Below, one piece after another: positions 43,233-53,776 of a stretch of 64,000 bases of DNA. Within the stretch, counting starts at the first letter, position 1, and the number at the start of each line of letters is the position of its first letter. Origin of the DNA: a virus. Lineage: Duplodnaviria; Caudoviricetes. The notes beneath the pieces were generated by a model. That model was not told the DNA's origin. It searched no databases and saw only the letters and a program-made list of their open reading frames with translations. The position numbers and the translations under genes are program-made. The stretch is from IMG/VR virus record IMGVR_UViG_3300021400_000012, positions 63,575 to 127,574 of that record. The stretch is one strand, 5' to 3'.

Positions 43233-44882
43233 ATGGCTACTTCGGCATATAGTAGTAAAACACCACGATATACTAGTGGTTCTTTGCCATTAAATGAGGC
43301 AGCTGTTAAAGAAGTAATTCATGATTTTAAAACAAATTATAGTTTTAGTAGAGCTAAAGAAAATAGTTATATAAATGCACGAATTGCAGAATTAGAAAAA
43401 TTATACGATGCAGCGATAGCTACAGAGAATTAGTTTTATGAGGACTTTCTTTGTTTTGGGGCGACTCCTAAAGAAAAATTAAATGAATTTCAATCTCGAT
43501 TAGACTATATAGCTAAATGGTCAGGAATAGATAAACTTACTGGCCTTAATTTTTACAAGACATTTATGAGTGATCCCGCCATTATGGGTGCTGTAGAAAA
43601 TCATTCAACACAAGCTATATAGGCTTTAATTGAAAAACATTCTGATTTACTCGTTGGAGATTTATCATCTGACTTAGATAAATTAGGCGTTATTGATGCT
43701 TTAAATGATGCTTTAGATCATGTTGATCTTCAAAAACATGACAACGAATGGCTTAAACTTTCACTTAAAACTTCTCGAGGTAAAACTTCTCATTTTAGAA
43801 AATCTGATCGCGTTGGTATTGCTAAATATTTAATAGAACCAATTAATAATGAAGAAGGAAAATGGGAAATTAAATTTTCGGATTAGAGTCAGCCAATTCG
43901 ATTAGATCCTGGAGTTAGAGATAAGATATTAGGTTTATTAAGCTAGTATATGTAGATTAATATATTAAATACTGTATATAGTTTTAGAGAGTATATTAAT
44001 AATATAATTCGTCAAAATGTATCTGCAGATATTATACCTTATTTTGAACGAGAATTTAGAAATTTATAGGGATATGCTTTAAATAAAAATGAAAATGTTA
44101 TTAAAGGTTACGTTGAAGAAATAAGTTAGAATGTAATTTTTTCTTACTTATCTTAGAATAATCAACGAGCTTCACGATTATTGGGCAGCACCCTACCTAC
44201 TGGAGCTATAAAAGATTTAAGAACTGGACAATCAATTCCTATAGATATGATTCTTGGAAATTATGGTTTTCAAATAAAAAGTTGGTCAGTGTCAGAAGGA
44301 ATTCATACAGAAGAAAATACTATGGGCGTAGGTAATTTTGTAATTAATGGTTTGTAGCTTAACTATTACGATGCTTTGATTTAGCTATTTGGTACTTATT
44401 AGTTTAACCAACTTTATAATAATGCTTACGAATCCACCGCTAATTAGTTAAATAATTTAGTTAAACCAGGTCCAGGACTTTTATAGAATATTTTTAATAC
44501 CAAATTAGATAGTATTATTCGATTAAATAGAAAATTTTCTTCAGATATGGCTGCTTTTGGGATAAATACAACATACTCAAATACTTTTTTTATCGTAAAT
44601 GGTAAATTAGTTCCAGGTAGTTCAATTTTACAAGCTTTGATTAACGCTTTTAAAAAATCATATTCCAATTCTACAATAATTAATTTTGAAATAACAGAAA
44701 TTAAAAATTAGGACGCAAATAGTTTACCAGAGCTTATAGAAACTGGGCATCGAAATATTCGACGATATCATATGAATGTATTTGATATGTCAAATTTAGT
44801 TAAATTAAGTTATAAAATTACTCTTAATATTGATAATCTAATATAGCAAGCTTATAATGAAATTGTTTTAAATAAAAATTGA
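43233..44882 (+). CDS. Large hypothetical protein with PD-(D/E)xK-like motif (~15 TAGs)
   Basis: SD AGGAGG; 549 codons with no TAA/TGA; IKGYVEE...PID...GFQIKSW. Confidence 0.7.
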
Positions 44883-44942
44883 TTTTTTTATAAAAATATT
44901 ATATAATATATTTATAGAAAATGAGAAAGGAACCCAACCGCT

Positions 44943-45818
44943 ATGGAAGATATTCGTACAACAGAAGAAATCCTTAAAGCCCATCCGAGATGGTCTTACG
45001 ATCGTACCGATCGTAATGGAACGCGTTATTTCGTCGACTGGACTTGTGACCGCTGCGGTGGTCGTGGTGGTTGGGAAGGCTGGCCGGGGTTCACTTGCTA
45101 TGATTGTGGTGGTTCTGGTCGTGATGATAAAGGTCACATCATCAAGATTTATACTCCCGAGCATGCGGCAAAGCTTGCAAAGCAGCGTGAGGCTCGCGCT
45201 AAGAAAGCAGAAGCGGAACGTGTGGCAAATGCAATCGCTAATCGTGGTGAGAATCTTCGCAATGCTGGCTTTGGCCAAGAAGAGATTGATGGTGTTGTGA
45301 CTTGGGTTATCTACCGTGTGGTTGGTAACACTTTTGAAATTAAAGACGCACTTAAAGCTCTTGGTTGCAAGTTCAAACCCCAGGTTGGCTGGTATGCGTC
45401 GGCCGCCCTCGAAGGCTATGAGTGCCAGCGTTTAACAGAACAGCAGGTTCTGACAGAAAACATCTTTATTGAATGGAAAGATAAAGACGCTATTACCCCG
45501 CTTTGGACTGAAAACATTCGACGCGTCGAAGAGTCTACAAGTAATTGGGTTGGCGAAATTGGCGAGCGTATTGATATTCATGTAACGATTGATCGTGCTT
45601 TTGAAAGTGAGTTTCAGCGTAATAGCGGATGGTATGGTACGACTACTAATTATATGTATCTGATGCACGATGAAGTTGGCAATGTTTATAAATGGTCTAC
45701 TTCTTGTTATTATAAGGAAAAAGATGAATGCCATTTTAAGGCCACGGTTAAAGATCACGCAGAGTATAAAGGTATCAAGCAGACCGTATTAACGAGATGT
45801 ACTTTAGTAAAGGAGTAA
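44943..45818 (+). CDS. Zn-finger + OB-fold protein
   Basis: CDRCGGRG/CYDCGGSG; C-terminal VGEIGERI...ATVKDH.EYKGIKQTVLTR. Confidence 0.75.
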   Translation: MEDIRTTEEILKAHPRWSYDRTDRNGTRYFVDWTCDRCGGRGGWEGWPGFTCYDCGGSGRDDKGHIIKIYTPEHAAKLAKQREARAKKAEAERVANAIANRGENLRNAGFGQEEIDGVVTWVIYRVVGNTFEIKDALKALGCKFKPQVGWYASAALEGYECQRLTEQQVLTENIFIEWKDKDAITPLWTENIRRVEESTSNWVGEIGERIDIHVTIDRAFESEFQRNSGWYGTTTNYMYLMHDEVGNVYKWSTSCYYKEKDECHFKATVKDHAEYKGIKQTVLTRCTLVKE

Positions 45819-45821
45819 GAC

Positions 45822-46022
45822 ATGGATACATATCAGGTTAAGTTTAGGGTAGCAGGCACTAAAGGCGTTTACGGTGGCATTTATATCGATGGCGGCAGGG
45901 ATTTTGATAGTTATGTTATCTGCGGTTGCTGTGGTTTCATTTTTAATGTAAACCAAGTTGAAATAATTGAGCAATATAAAAACTGGATTGATTTATCGAA
46001 AGAAATTATGGGTGATGAGTGA
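45822..46022 (+). CDS. Hypothetical protein
   Basis: SD AAGGAG; VICGCCG. Confidence 0.6.
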   Translation: MDTYQVKFRVAGTKGVYGGIYIDGGRDFDSYVICGCCGFIFNVNQVEIIEQYKNWIDLSKEIMGDE

Positions 46023-46228
46023 TGAGAGATCCGAATAGAATTGATGAGTTTTGTGAAGAGCTGAAAAAGATGTGGCATCAGGTTCCCGATTGGCGGTTCG
46101 GGCAGCTTATGTCAAATGCACTCGGTGAAGTTTATGTGAAGGAAAATCGTGACATTTTCTTTGTCGAAGATGATAAGATGCTGGAAGATCTGAAAGAGGT
46201 ATTCGCGACAAAGTTTAAAGTATATTAA
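46019..46228 (+). CDS. Hypothetical phage protein
   Basis: MRDPNRID...W...PDWRFGQL motif. Confidence 0.7.
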   Translation: MMRDPNRIDEFCEELKKMWHQVPDWRFGQLMSNALGEVYVKENRDIFFVEDDKMLEDLKEVFATKFKVY

Positions 46229-46332
46229 TAAAAACAAAGAAGAGGAAGCATGCGCTTCCTCTTTTTTTATTTGATTTTTTTAGAAATTTTTGATATAATA
46301 TATATAGAAAATGAGAAAGGGACTATTTTGTC

Positions 46333-47004
46333 ATGAAAGCCTTAACGGAAAATGAAAAGCAGAGCCTGATTGATTTAGTAGAAGTGCTTGTCGAAAATGG
46401 ATTTGAGCAGGCATTGGAAGTTTCTGGCTGGGAAAAGCATGCACGTGAGTGGGCGGGGCAGCATCATCAGTTATTAAATCGCCTGGGTTGCTATGTGACC
46501 TGTGGAGCCACTCGTGTGGTTGTTATTTCCAATAAAGACGACTGGGTTCTGAAGTTTAGTTTTCTTGATAGTTTAGTAAAAACAGATTATAATTTGTTAG
46601 AAGCTGAAAATTATCAGGCCGCCATCGAAGCTGGATTATCGAGATATTTTGCAGCTACTTATTGTTTAGGTATAATTTGTGGCTTAAAAGTTTACGCGCA
46701 GGAGCGTGTAAATGCAGATGAAGATGGCGTGTCTGACGAATTTTATACTTATACGCTTGAAAATTATTATCGTGATCGTCGCGATGATTATGAAAGTGAA
46801 GATGACCTTCATGAAGCAGCTTGGGAAGATTCGACCGAGTTAGATAATGAAGATCGAATTTGGGCAATGGTTGGCGGTTTTGACAGTAAAGATTGTATGA
46901 AACTTGTAAAGTTTTGTGACGCTAGAGAAATCAATGATCTCCATGCAGCTAACTGGGGTTTTAGAGATGGTTGGCCGGTTATGATTGATTATGCTGGATA
47001 TTGA
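46333..47004 (+). CDS. Protein kinase-like (APH/Ser-Thr fold) protein
   Basis: GATRVV, VLKF, DLHAANWG, MIDYAG. Confidence 0.7.
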   Translation: MKALTENEKQSLIDLVEVLVENGFEQALEVSGWEKHAREWAGQHHQLLNRLGCYVTCGATRVVVISNKDDWVLKFSFLDSLVKTDYNLLEAENYQAAIEAGLSRYFAATYCLGIICGLKVYAQERVNADEDGVSDEFYTYTLENYYRDRRDDYESEDDLHEAAWEDSTELDNEDRIWAMVGGFDSKDCMKLVKFCDAREINDLHAANWGFRDGWPVMIDYAGY

Positions 47005-47151
47005 GAAAGGAGATTGAAATGATATTTGACGATTTTGATACTCAAGTGCAGTGTGAAGAAGTTTATGATGATTATGAGTGTGGATACTTCGCAGATCATG
47101 ATTATTTTTGGGATGAAGATAGTGACTGTTATATTCGAAAGGAGTTTTTTG

Positions 47152-47343
47152 ATGTTAAAGAAAACTGATGTCGATGCAATTTTAGTATTATCGACTATGC
47201 TGCCGGATGCTACTGCGGATGAGCTGTTAAAACTGTTAGAAGGTTTTTATGATTCAGAGTTCAATAAGCCCTATATTGATTTGTATTCATGCCTCTCGCG
47301 CTATGTAGGCTATTTAGCATATACTGGGCAGGTAAATTTATGA
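47152..47343 (+). CDS. Hypothetical protein
   Basis: SD AAGGAG before ATG 47152. Confidence 0.5.
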   Translation: MLKKTDVDAILVLSTMLPDATADELLKLLEGFYDSEFNKPYIDLYSCLSRYVGYLAYTGQVNL

Positions 47344-47381
47344 CTATAGAACCGGAGCACGAATGGATAGAGGGATAAATA

Positions 47382-48596
47382 ATGTTAAATAAGAAGGGCG
47401 AAAGAGAATTAGCTTATCTTGTAAAAATTGATGATATTCAGCCAATTGCCGGATCTGATAATTGTGAGTCGGCGGTAGTTGGTGCATGGCATATTATGAC
47501 CAGAAAAGGTACATTCCATACTGGTGATATTGCTGTTTATTTTGAGATTGATTCTCTTCTCGATACCACCAAACCAGAGTTTGCTTTTATGGAGAAATAC
47601 AAAGGCAAGGTAAAGACTCAGCGTTATACTTTCGGTGGTAAAGGAAACTTTATTAGTCAGGGTCTTCTGATGCACCCGAATGATTTTGGTTGGGTTTCTG
47701 TTATTGATGAAAATGAAATTCAGTATGGTGTTATGACCAAAACGAGTGATCTGGTTAGAACTCTCGATAACGAATCACGGTTTCTTACAGAACTTCTTGG
47801 TGTTAAATATTATGACCCAGAAGACGAAAAGAGAAAAAGGGATCCGAAGGCGGCACAGCCTCAACTTCCCAAGTTTTTTTATGCGGGCATTGGCCGCAAA
47901 ATGATGAAAATTAAGTGGCTTAAAAATATTATTATTAAGCTATTTGGAAAGAAAAAGCGTAAAAATATTTGGCCTTATTGGGTTGTTAAGACTGATGAGG
48001 AACGGGTGCAGAATATTCCTTGGATTATTAAGGAAGAAGATGAATGGATCCAAACGGAAAAGATTGATGGATCTTCTTCTACTTTCACAATGATTCGTAA
48101 AGGCCACAGGTTTGATTATTATGTGTGCTCGCGCAATGTAGTTTTTGAGACTGGAAAAGAACAGTGCTATTATGATAAAAACATCTATCTTGAAATGTCT
48201 GAAAAATATCAGATTGAGACGTTTCTCAAGCAGTATCTTCAGCTAAATAAGGATATTGAATGGGTCACAATTCAGGGTGAAATTTATGGCCCAAGTGTGC
48301 AGAAGAGAGATTATTCTCTTAAAGAAAGAGAACTTGCGGTTTTTAATTTTATTGATTCTAAGAATGGTAGATGGAATTCTGCTAAGGCAGCAAAGTATCT
48401 ACATCAATTTCAGTTTGTGCCTGTGCTGAGTGAACACTTCAAAATGCCAGAAACCGTGGATGAGCTTCTTGAAATGGCGAATGGAAATTCTTTTGTAGAT
48501 GGGAAGCCTCGTGAAGGATTTGTATTTCGCAGTCTCGATGGAAGGAAGAGCTTTAAGGTAGTTAGTAACGAGTATCTTCTAAAGTATCATTCATAA
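47382..48596 (+). CDS. RNA ligase (Rnl2/DRB0094-like)
   Basis: N-terminal OB-like LAYLVKIDDIQPI; TEKIDGSS, IQGEIYG, REGFV, FKVVSNEYL. Confidence 0.85.
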   Translation: MLNKKGERELAYLVKIDDIQPIAGSDNCESAVVGAWHIMTRKGTFHTGDIAVYFEIDSLLDTTKPEFAFMEKYKGKVKTQRYTFGGKGNFISQGLLMHPNDFGWVSVIDENEIQYGVMTKTSDLVRTLDNESRFLTELLGVKYYDPEDEKRKRDPKAAQPQLPKFFYAGIGRKMMKIKWLKNIIIKLFGKKKRKNIWPYWVVKTDEERVQNIPWIIKEEDEWIQTEKIDGSSSTFTMIRKGHRFDYYVCSRNVVFETGKEQCYYDKNIYLEMSEKYQIETFLKQYLQLNKDIEWVTIQGEIYGPSVQKRDYSLKERELAVFNFIDSKNGRWNSAKAAKYLHQFQFVPVLSEHFKMPETVDELLEMANGNSFVDGKPREGFVFRSLDGRKSFKVVSNEYLLKYHS

Positions 48597-48606
48597 AGGA
48601 AAAACG

Positions 48607-48939
48607 ATGAAAACACTGATATACCTTGAAGATGCTTTAAACATTGCTATGAAATATTGTCCAGATGATAACGGTTCATGCAGCAAGTCGGGCGTTGATA
48701 TTAGAGAAATGCTTGATGAGTTAGAATCCTTGCCGCCCGCACAGCCGGAAAGGAAGAAGGGAAAGTGGGTTGACGAAAAAATCAATTCCTATACATCAAG
48801 AACGTATTGTTCGGAATGTGGAAATTCCGCACCTTTTATATGTGTGTCTGATGATTATTATGGACGAAATATGCACGGTGAAACGAAGAAAACGAAGTTT
48901 TGCCCAAACTGCGGTGCAAAAATGGAGGAAGAGAAATGA
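48607..48939 (+). CDS. Zn-ribbon paralog
   Basis: AQPERKKGKW...CSECG...FCPNCGAKM. Confidence 0.75.
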   Translation: MKTLIYLEDALNIAMKYCPDDNGSCSKSGVDIREMLDELESLPPAQPERKKGKWVDEKINSYTSRTYCSECGNSAPFICVSDDYYGRNMHGETKKTKFCPNCGAKMEEEK

Positions 48940-49336
48940 GTACACTTGAGCATTATTTTGAAAATTTGCTTTATCATGGCGAGGATGTGTATGATGGAAT
49001 TAACAAATAGTCATTAACACCAGATGTGCAGAATGCCGTAGAGGTTTGCGCTCAATATGTCATTTATTCTCTTTTTGGTAATCGAAAAGCGTTTGAAAAA
49101 TTCATTAACGAAAGGAGAGAGGATGCCGAGGTACATTGATCTAAATAATCCGAAGATTATACATATGGGCAGGGATAAGTTCGGCAATGGGATTTATTAT
49201 ATACCGCCAGATGTACCTACCGCTGATGTGGTTGAGGTCGTAAGATGCAAAGATTGCATATATAGCCCATACAAACAAGCTTGTAGTCTTCCCTATGGTA
49301 TAAATGGTTACTGCCCACTTGGTAAAAGGAGAGAAG

Positions 49337-49600
49337 ATGAGTGAATTAAAACCATGCCCATTCTGCGGAGCGAAAGAAAGTGATGAACACGGATTGCGCC
49401 TTGTCAATTTTAGCCGCAATAACACTTGGGGAGTAGAGTGTTACCAATGCGAAGCAATGATTGGGTATACTCGATACAATACGCAGGAAGAAGCTATCGA
49501 AGCGTGGAACAGGCGGTACGAATCGTCAGAACTAAAGCATACGATGGAAGAGTTTATGTTTGGACAGGACGTTGGAAATCCTGAAGATGGGAGTTTGTGA
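49337..49600 (+). CDS. Lar-family restriction alleviation-like protein
   Basis: MSELKPCPFCG...C..C...EEAIEAWNRR. Confidence 0.75.
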   Translation: MSELKPCPFCGAKESDEHGLRLVNFSRNNTWGVECYQCEAMIGYTRYNTQEEAIEAWNRRYESSELKHTMEEFMFGQDVGNPEDGSL

Positions 49601-49962
49601 TGGATGATTTAATTAGTAGGCAGGCGGCGATAAAATTAGCGATTGATCTGGATTTCGAAAGCAGAGGTGTGTTGAAAGAATCGAAATGTAGAGAAATCGT
49701 GAATAGATATAACATGATTCCATCTATACAACCAGAACCAGATTCAGAATGGAAAAAGAAGCACTATGGAGAAGCCTATGCTCAAGGATTTGTTGATGGT
49801 TGTAAGTCGTATGAAAGACAGTCAGAACGGAAGAATGGAAAGTGGATAGTTTATTATGAATGTCCTAAGTGTGGTGAAATCACAAAGGATTTTACGGAAT
49901 ATTGTCCGTTTTGTAATGCTGATATGAGAGACAAGGACAATACGAAAAATGAAGAAGTTTAA
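49597..49962 (+). CDS. Zn-ribbon paralog
   Basis: DDLISRQAAI...CPKCG...YCPFCNADM. Confidence 0.75.
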   Translation: MMDDLISRQAAIKLAIDLDFESRGVLKESKCREIVNRYNMIPSIQPEPDSEWKKKHYGEAYAQGFVDGCKSYERQSERKNGKWIVYYECPKCGEITKDFTEYCPFCNADMRDKDNTKNEEV

Positions 49963-50644
49963 GAATTGGTGGAAGAATAATTGGGTAGCAGTTCTTTACA
50001 TAGCATTTTATGTGGTTTGTGGGATACTCTTAATAGGCTTTCTTGCAACAAGTATTACGGCTTGTGTGACGTACGGTGACAAACCGATTACAGAGATCCC
50101 CGCCTGGGCCCTACTGTTTATGTTTGGGAAAGGTGGTAAGTAATGGGGTGGAGAGATGACCCGATAACAGATAAACAAAAAGCGCTTATTGAAGATATGA
50201 TGGAATTTTCTGCTTATCCTTTACCTAAATTCACTGGGTCTACAAAAGGAGAAGCATCTGACTATATAGATAAATATGGGAAATTGGCGCATGAGGATGT
50301 AAATAGTCCAATGTTTGGCTATTAAGATAAGGGAAGAAGATGAAAATGGGGCATGAATCTGAGCTGAAAAGAAGAAAGGAGAAACATTTACCACCAGAGA
50401 AGTTATTGAGGATCCTGTGTGGAATATATCCAGAGGATGTCGCGGTTCAAGTGTTTGAAGAACTCACTGGGATCAGGTTAAGCAAGGAAGAGAGCGATGC
50501 GAACAATAACAGTTAAAATTGAAACTGATAGTGAGGAACCATTTGATCTTATAAAAGAAGATATTGAGCAGGAATTATCTTGTTGTTGGAATTGGTTTAA
50601 TTTTGATACAATTGAAATATTTGAAGAGACGAAAGGAGATACGG

Positions 50645-50971
50645 GTGACTGAGGATTCAATTTCAAGACAGGCGGCGATTGAGGCGGTAGGTATAAACAC
50701 ATGGGCTGGACAGAGATTACTTAAAGTTCCACCCGTCGAGCCTCAATGGACACCAGTGACGGAAGGTTTACCAGATCCTAATAAGGCGGAAGATGCTTGC
50801 CTTGTATATTATCTTATCCAAAATGAGTATGGTGATATGATGGTCGCGGCATATCGTAGCAATAGGTACGGTGAAACATGGTGGGAACAGATGTACCACT
50901 ATGGATCGGTTGACGATGAAGTGGTCGCATGGATGCCGCTTCCAAAGCCGTGGAGTAATAATGTGGGTTGA
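50645..50971 (+). CDS. DUF551-like protein
   Basis: WTPVTEGLP...VVAWMPLPKPW. Confidence 0.7.
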   Translation: MTEDSISRQAAIEAVGINTWAGQRLLKVPPVEPQWTPVTEGLPDPNKAEDACLVYYLIQNEYGDMMVAAYRSNRYGETWWEQMYHYGSVDDEVVAWMPLPKPWSNNVG

Positions 50972-51060
50972 AATAGTAATAGATATTCTCCAATATATTA
51001 ATGCTGTCTTTTTAGGATTCTATATTGGTATATGGTTTTTAAAAAAGGAAAAAGAATATA

Positions 51061-51390
51061 ATGATAGAAATGAAAATGGAAAATGAGATTGATTTAAAAC
51101 AAAAACGAGCAATTTTATATTTACCAGAAAATTGTGTTGAGTTAAAAGCAACATGTAAAGTTTTTGAAGATGGACATTTAATTGAGGTTGAAACAATCTT
51201 TGATTTTAAAGCGTTGCGGCAAGCCTTTAGTGATGCAGATCGTAATTATATTAATGATGATGATCATTTTGTAATTACATCTAAAGGTTTGGCATGGTTG
51301 GATGAATTGCAGAAAATAAAAACAGAAAATGATGCGGCCGCAATTGAAGAAGAAAATATGCCAAAATCAACGATTGAATATTATGGGTGA
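51061..51390 (+). CDS. Hypothetical protein
   Basis: Intact ORF in operon. Confidence 0.6.
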   Translation: MIEMKMENEIDLKQKRAILYLPENCVELKATCKVFEDGHLIEVETIFDFKALRQAFSDADRNYINDDDHFVITSKGLAWLDELQKIKTENDAAAIEEENMPKSTIEYYG

Positions 51391-51569
51391 GCTAATATGA
51401 ATGAGCAATTTACTGAAATTGAAAGAAAAGTTCTTATAACAATGTTTACAATGTTTAATGAAGTTCTTTTATTATGTAATAATTATATCGAGATTGATTA
51501 TGATTCTTACAGTAGAAATGATTTGTTTAGTCTGGCAGAGAAATTAGGAATTGATGGAGAATATTAACA

Positions 51570-51866
51570 GTGCCGAGGTACATTGATTCTGAAGATGCAA
51601 TATATGAACTTGAAAGAGCGTTTTCGGCTGATGATTACGGAAAAATCATTCGTTGTATCAGCAGGACACCGACCGCCGATGTCAGAGAGAATGTTCATGC
51701 AAAATTTGTAAGTGAGATTATTAAGAAGGAAAACTGGAAGGGGCAAATGAAATCCTATTTTCAGCCGAATAGTTGTTCAAATTGTCATATCGCATTGACA
51801 GGTGGAGAAAACTTTTGCCCTAATTGCGGTGCGAAGATGGAGGACGAAAGTATAGAGGATGGATGA
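51570..51866 (+). CDS. Zn-ribbon paralog
   Basis: PTADVRE...CSNC...NFCPNCGAKM. Confidence 0.7.
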   Translation: MPRYIDSEDAIYELERAFSADDYGKIIRCISRTPTADVRENVHAKFVSEIIKKENWKGQMKSYFQPNSCSNCHIALTGGENFCPNCGAKMEDESIEDG

Positions 51867-52122
51867 AGTAATACTGTCAAGGATTAGACAAGAAGCATAT
51901 TAGCAAGGGTATCAAGACGGAAAAGTTGATGGCTACAATTTGGCAGTGACACAAATATCATTAGCAAAATAGGAGCGGAAAAAGGGAAAATGGTATGATG
52001 TTGGGTCTCTTTCGTGTAGGTGCTCAGAATGCGGGTGTAAATCACAAAAAGAGTCTTCGTTCTGCCCGAACTGTGGCGCGGAAATGAAAGGAGAGGAAAA
52101 TGCGGATAATAATCAGATTTAA
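51859..52122 (+). CDS. Zn-ribbon paralog (2 TAGs)
   Basis: AY(TAG)QGYQDG...(TAG)ERKKGKW...CSECG...FCPNCGAEM. Confidence 0.7.
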
Positions 52123-52345
52123 GAGCGGTTTTGAACTGCCGATAACGTGCGAATCGTTCAGCTTGACACAGCACCAGATTACGAACGAAATCACTGAATA
52201 TCACATAAAGGGGATCACAGATAACAAGCTAATTTTTTTCCGATCTGAGGATGTCGAATGTATTTTTCGAGATATGACGGCAGAAAAAGGAGACGACAAT
52301 GACTGAGGATTTAACCAGCAATTTAGAGGTTAAGAGGTAAATATA

Positions 52346-52744
52346 ATGACTATTTCAATATGCCCTTTTGTTGCTGCAAGGACGGCTGTGAAGCATTTGA
52401 CAAGTGAGAGGATAAAGATAAACGATTCAATTAGCAGACAAGCCGCAATTGACGCACTATGGAAAGCACTGTATGAATATGAGGACAAGATGGAAAAACA
52501 ATTCCAAGAATCAGAGGATTTAGATGTTGGAGAGTGGATAGTGCATCGCGGTTTTGTCCAGAATATGAACGACATTGACAGACAGACGATTCTTAATTTA
52601 CCGTCCGCACAACCGGAGAGGAAGAGGGGGACATGGAAACATGGGTACTGTTCAGAGTGCGGATATGATTGGGGCAAGGATGCACCTTTAGCAAGTGTAC
52701 CAAACTTCTGTCCTGCTTGTGGTGTGGAGATGAGCAATGAATAA
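52346..52744 (+). CDS. Zn-ribbon paralog
   Basis: ISRQAAI...LPSAQPERKRGTW...CSECG...NFCPACG. Confidence 0.7.
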   Translation: MTISICPFVAARTAVKHLTSERIKINDSISRQAAIDALWKALYEYEDKMEKQFQESEDLDVGEWIVHRGFVQNMNDIDRQTILNLPSAQPERKRGTWKHGYCSECGYDWGKDAPLASVPNFCPACGVEMSNE

Positions 52745-53000
52745 ACGACAAATAAAGAAGAAAAAACGATTAAGAAGATATCCACCATATTTCGATATTC
52801 TCTTACATGGGAGATTAAGATGGAGGCAGATAAGAAAGTTTTGGGATGACGAGGCAAATTGTAGAATGAGATTTCTTGAAAGTCATAGGAGTGTATATTA
52901 TAGGGAGTGATGCCTTTCGCGCCATCAACGCAATAGCTTATAATTTGAAATTTTCTTAAATTTTTTATATAATATATATAGAAAATGAAAGGAGATCATT

Positions 53001-53306
53001 ATGAAGAAGCAAGTTTTTTTAGGAATTGATAAAAATCAGGAAAGATGCTGTCTTCTTTATTCTTTAGTTGATTTTAACTTTCTTAAATCTCATAAAAATG
53101 ATCTTGAATCTAATGATTTTACTCATGCTTCTACTAATTGGTGTGGTTGCGATAAGATTGAACGAACTATGGAGATTAAAAATTTCAAAAAAATTGTAAA
53201 ATGGTTTGAACTGCCGCAGCCACTTGTTTTTTCGGGCAGTGATTATGATTACGGGAATTCTTACTCTTGGGAATTTTCAGTAAAATACATAGCAGAGGTA
53301 AAATGA
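53001..53306 (+). CDS. Hypothetical protein
   Basis: Own promoter and SD. Confidence 0.65.
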   Translation: MKKQVFLGIDKNQERCCLLYSLVDFNFLKSHKNDLESNDFTHASTNWCGCDKIERTMEIKNFKKIVKWFELPQPLVFSGSDYDYGNSYSWEFSVKYIAEVK

Positions 53307-53392
53307 CAGATTCATTAGGACTTTTAATTTTAGTAATCTATGGAATGATACTAGGTTTTATTATCGGCTATTCAATAAAAGGATAATTAAAA

Positions 53393-53776
53393 ATGGAACA
53401 TGATTTAAATTACTGCACTTTAAAAGAATTTCAAGAAATGGAGAACTTCGCGCCGACTGAGCGATTTGACTCTGTTATAATCGTACCATTAGATGAAATT
53501 CACGACAGCGGCTATGCTTGCATGAAATTTATCTTGGCGCGAAAGGGTGAAATTGTTGGTGTTGTAGGTGGCTATAGTGATGTAGTTCACATCAATGGAA
53601 TTGGCGGCTATGGTCTTGATTTTGAGACAGCTTTGCGCACTCGCAAGGTTCCTGTAACTGGGTGGCGCATTGATTGCCTTCCTGGCAGTCATTGCGTTCG
53701 TCTTTTTACTTCCAAAGCGTGTGTAGTTGACGATTCCATTGGCTCTGACTTTGAATTCTATACCCTAGAATCATAA
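53393..53776 (+). CDS. Hypothetical protein
   Basis: Intact ORF, HDSGYACM motif. Confidence 0.65.
   Translation: MEHDLNYCTLKEFQEMENFAPTERFDSVIIVPLDEIHDSGYACMKFILARKGEIVGVVGGYSDVVHINGIGGYGLDFETALRTRKVPVTGWRIDCLPGSHCVRLFTSKACVVDDSIGSDFEFYTLES

Larger units (their letters stand above)
48607..52744 (+). repeat. Array of small overlapping genes built from shared modules (ISRQAAI; LPSAQPERKKGKW; CSxCG...FCPNCGAxM)
   Basis: Paralogs at 48607, 49123, 49597, 50645, 51570, 51859 and 52346. Confidence 0.75.

Noticed and set aside
1-44882. Widespread pseudogenisation or sequencing errors suggested by fragmented ORFs
   Set aside because: Breaks are TAG only, in frame, at Gln positions, and a CUA tRNA is present
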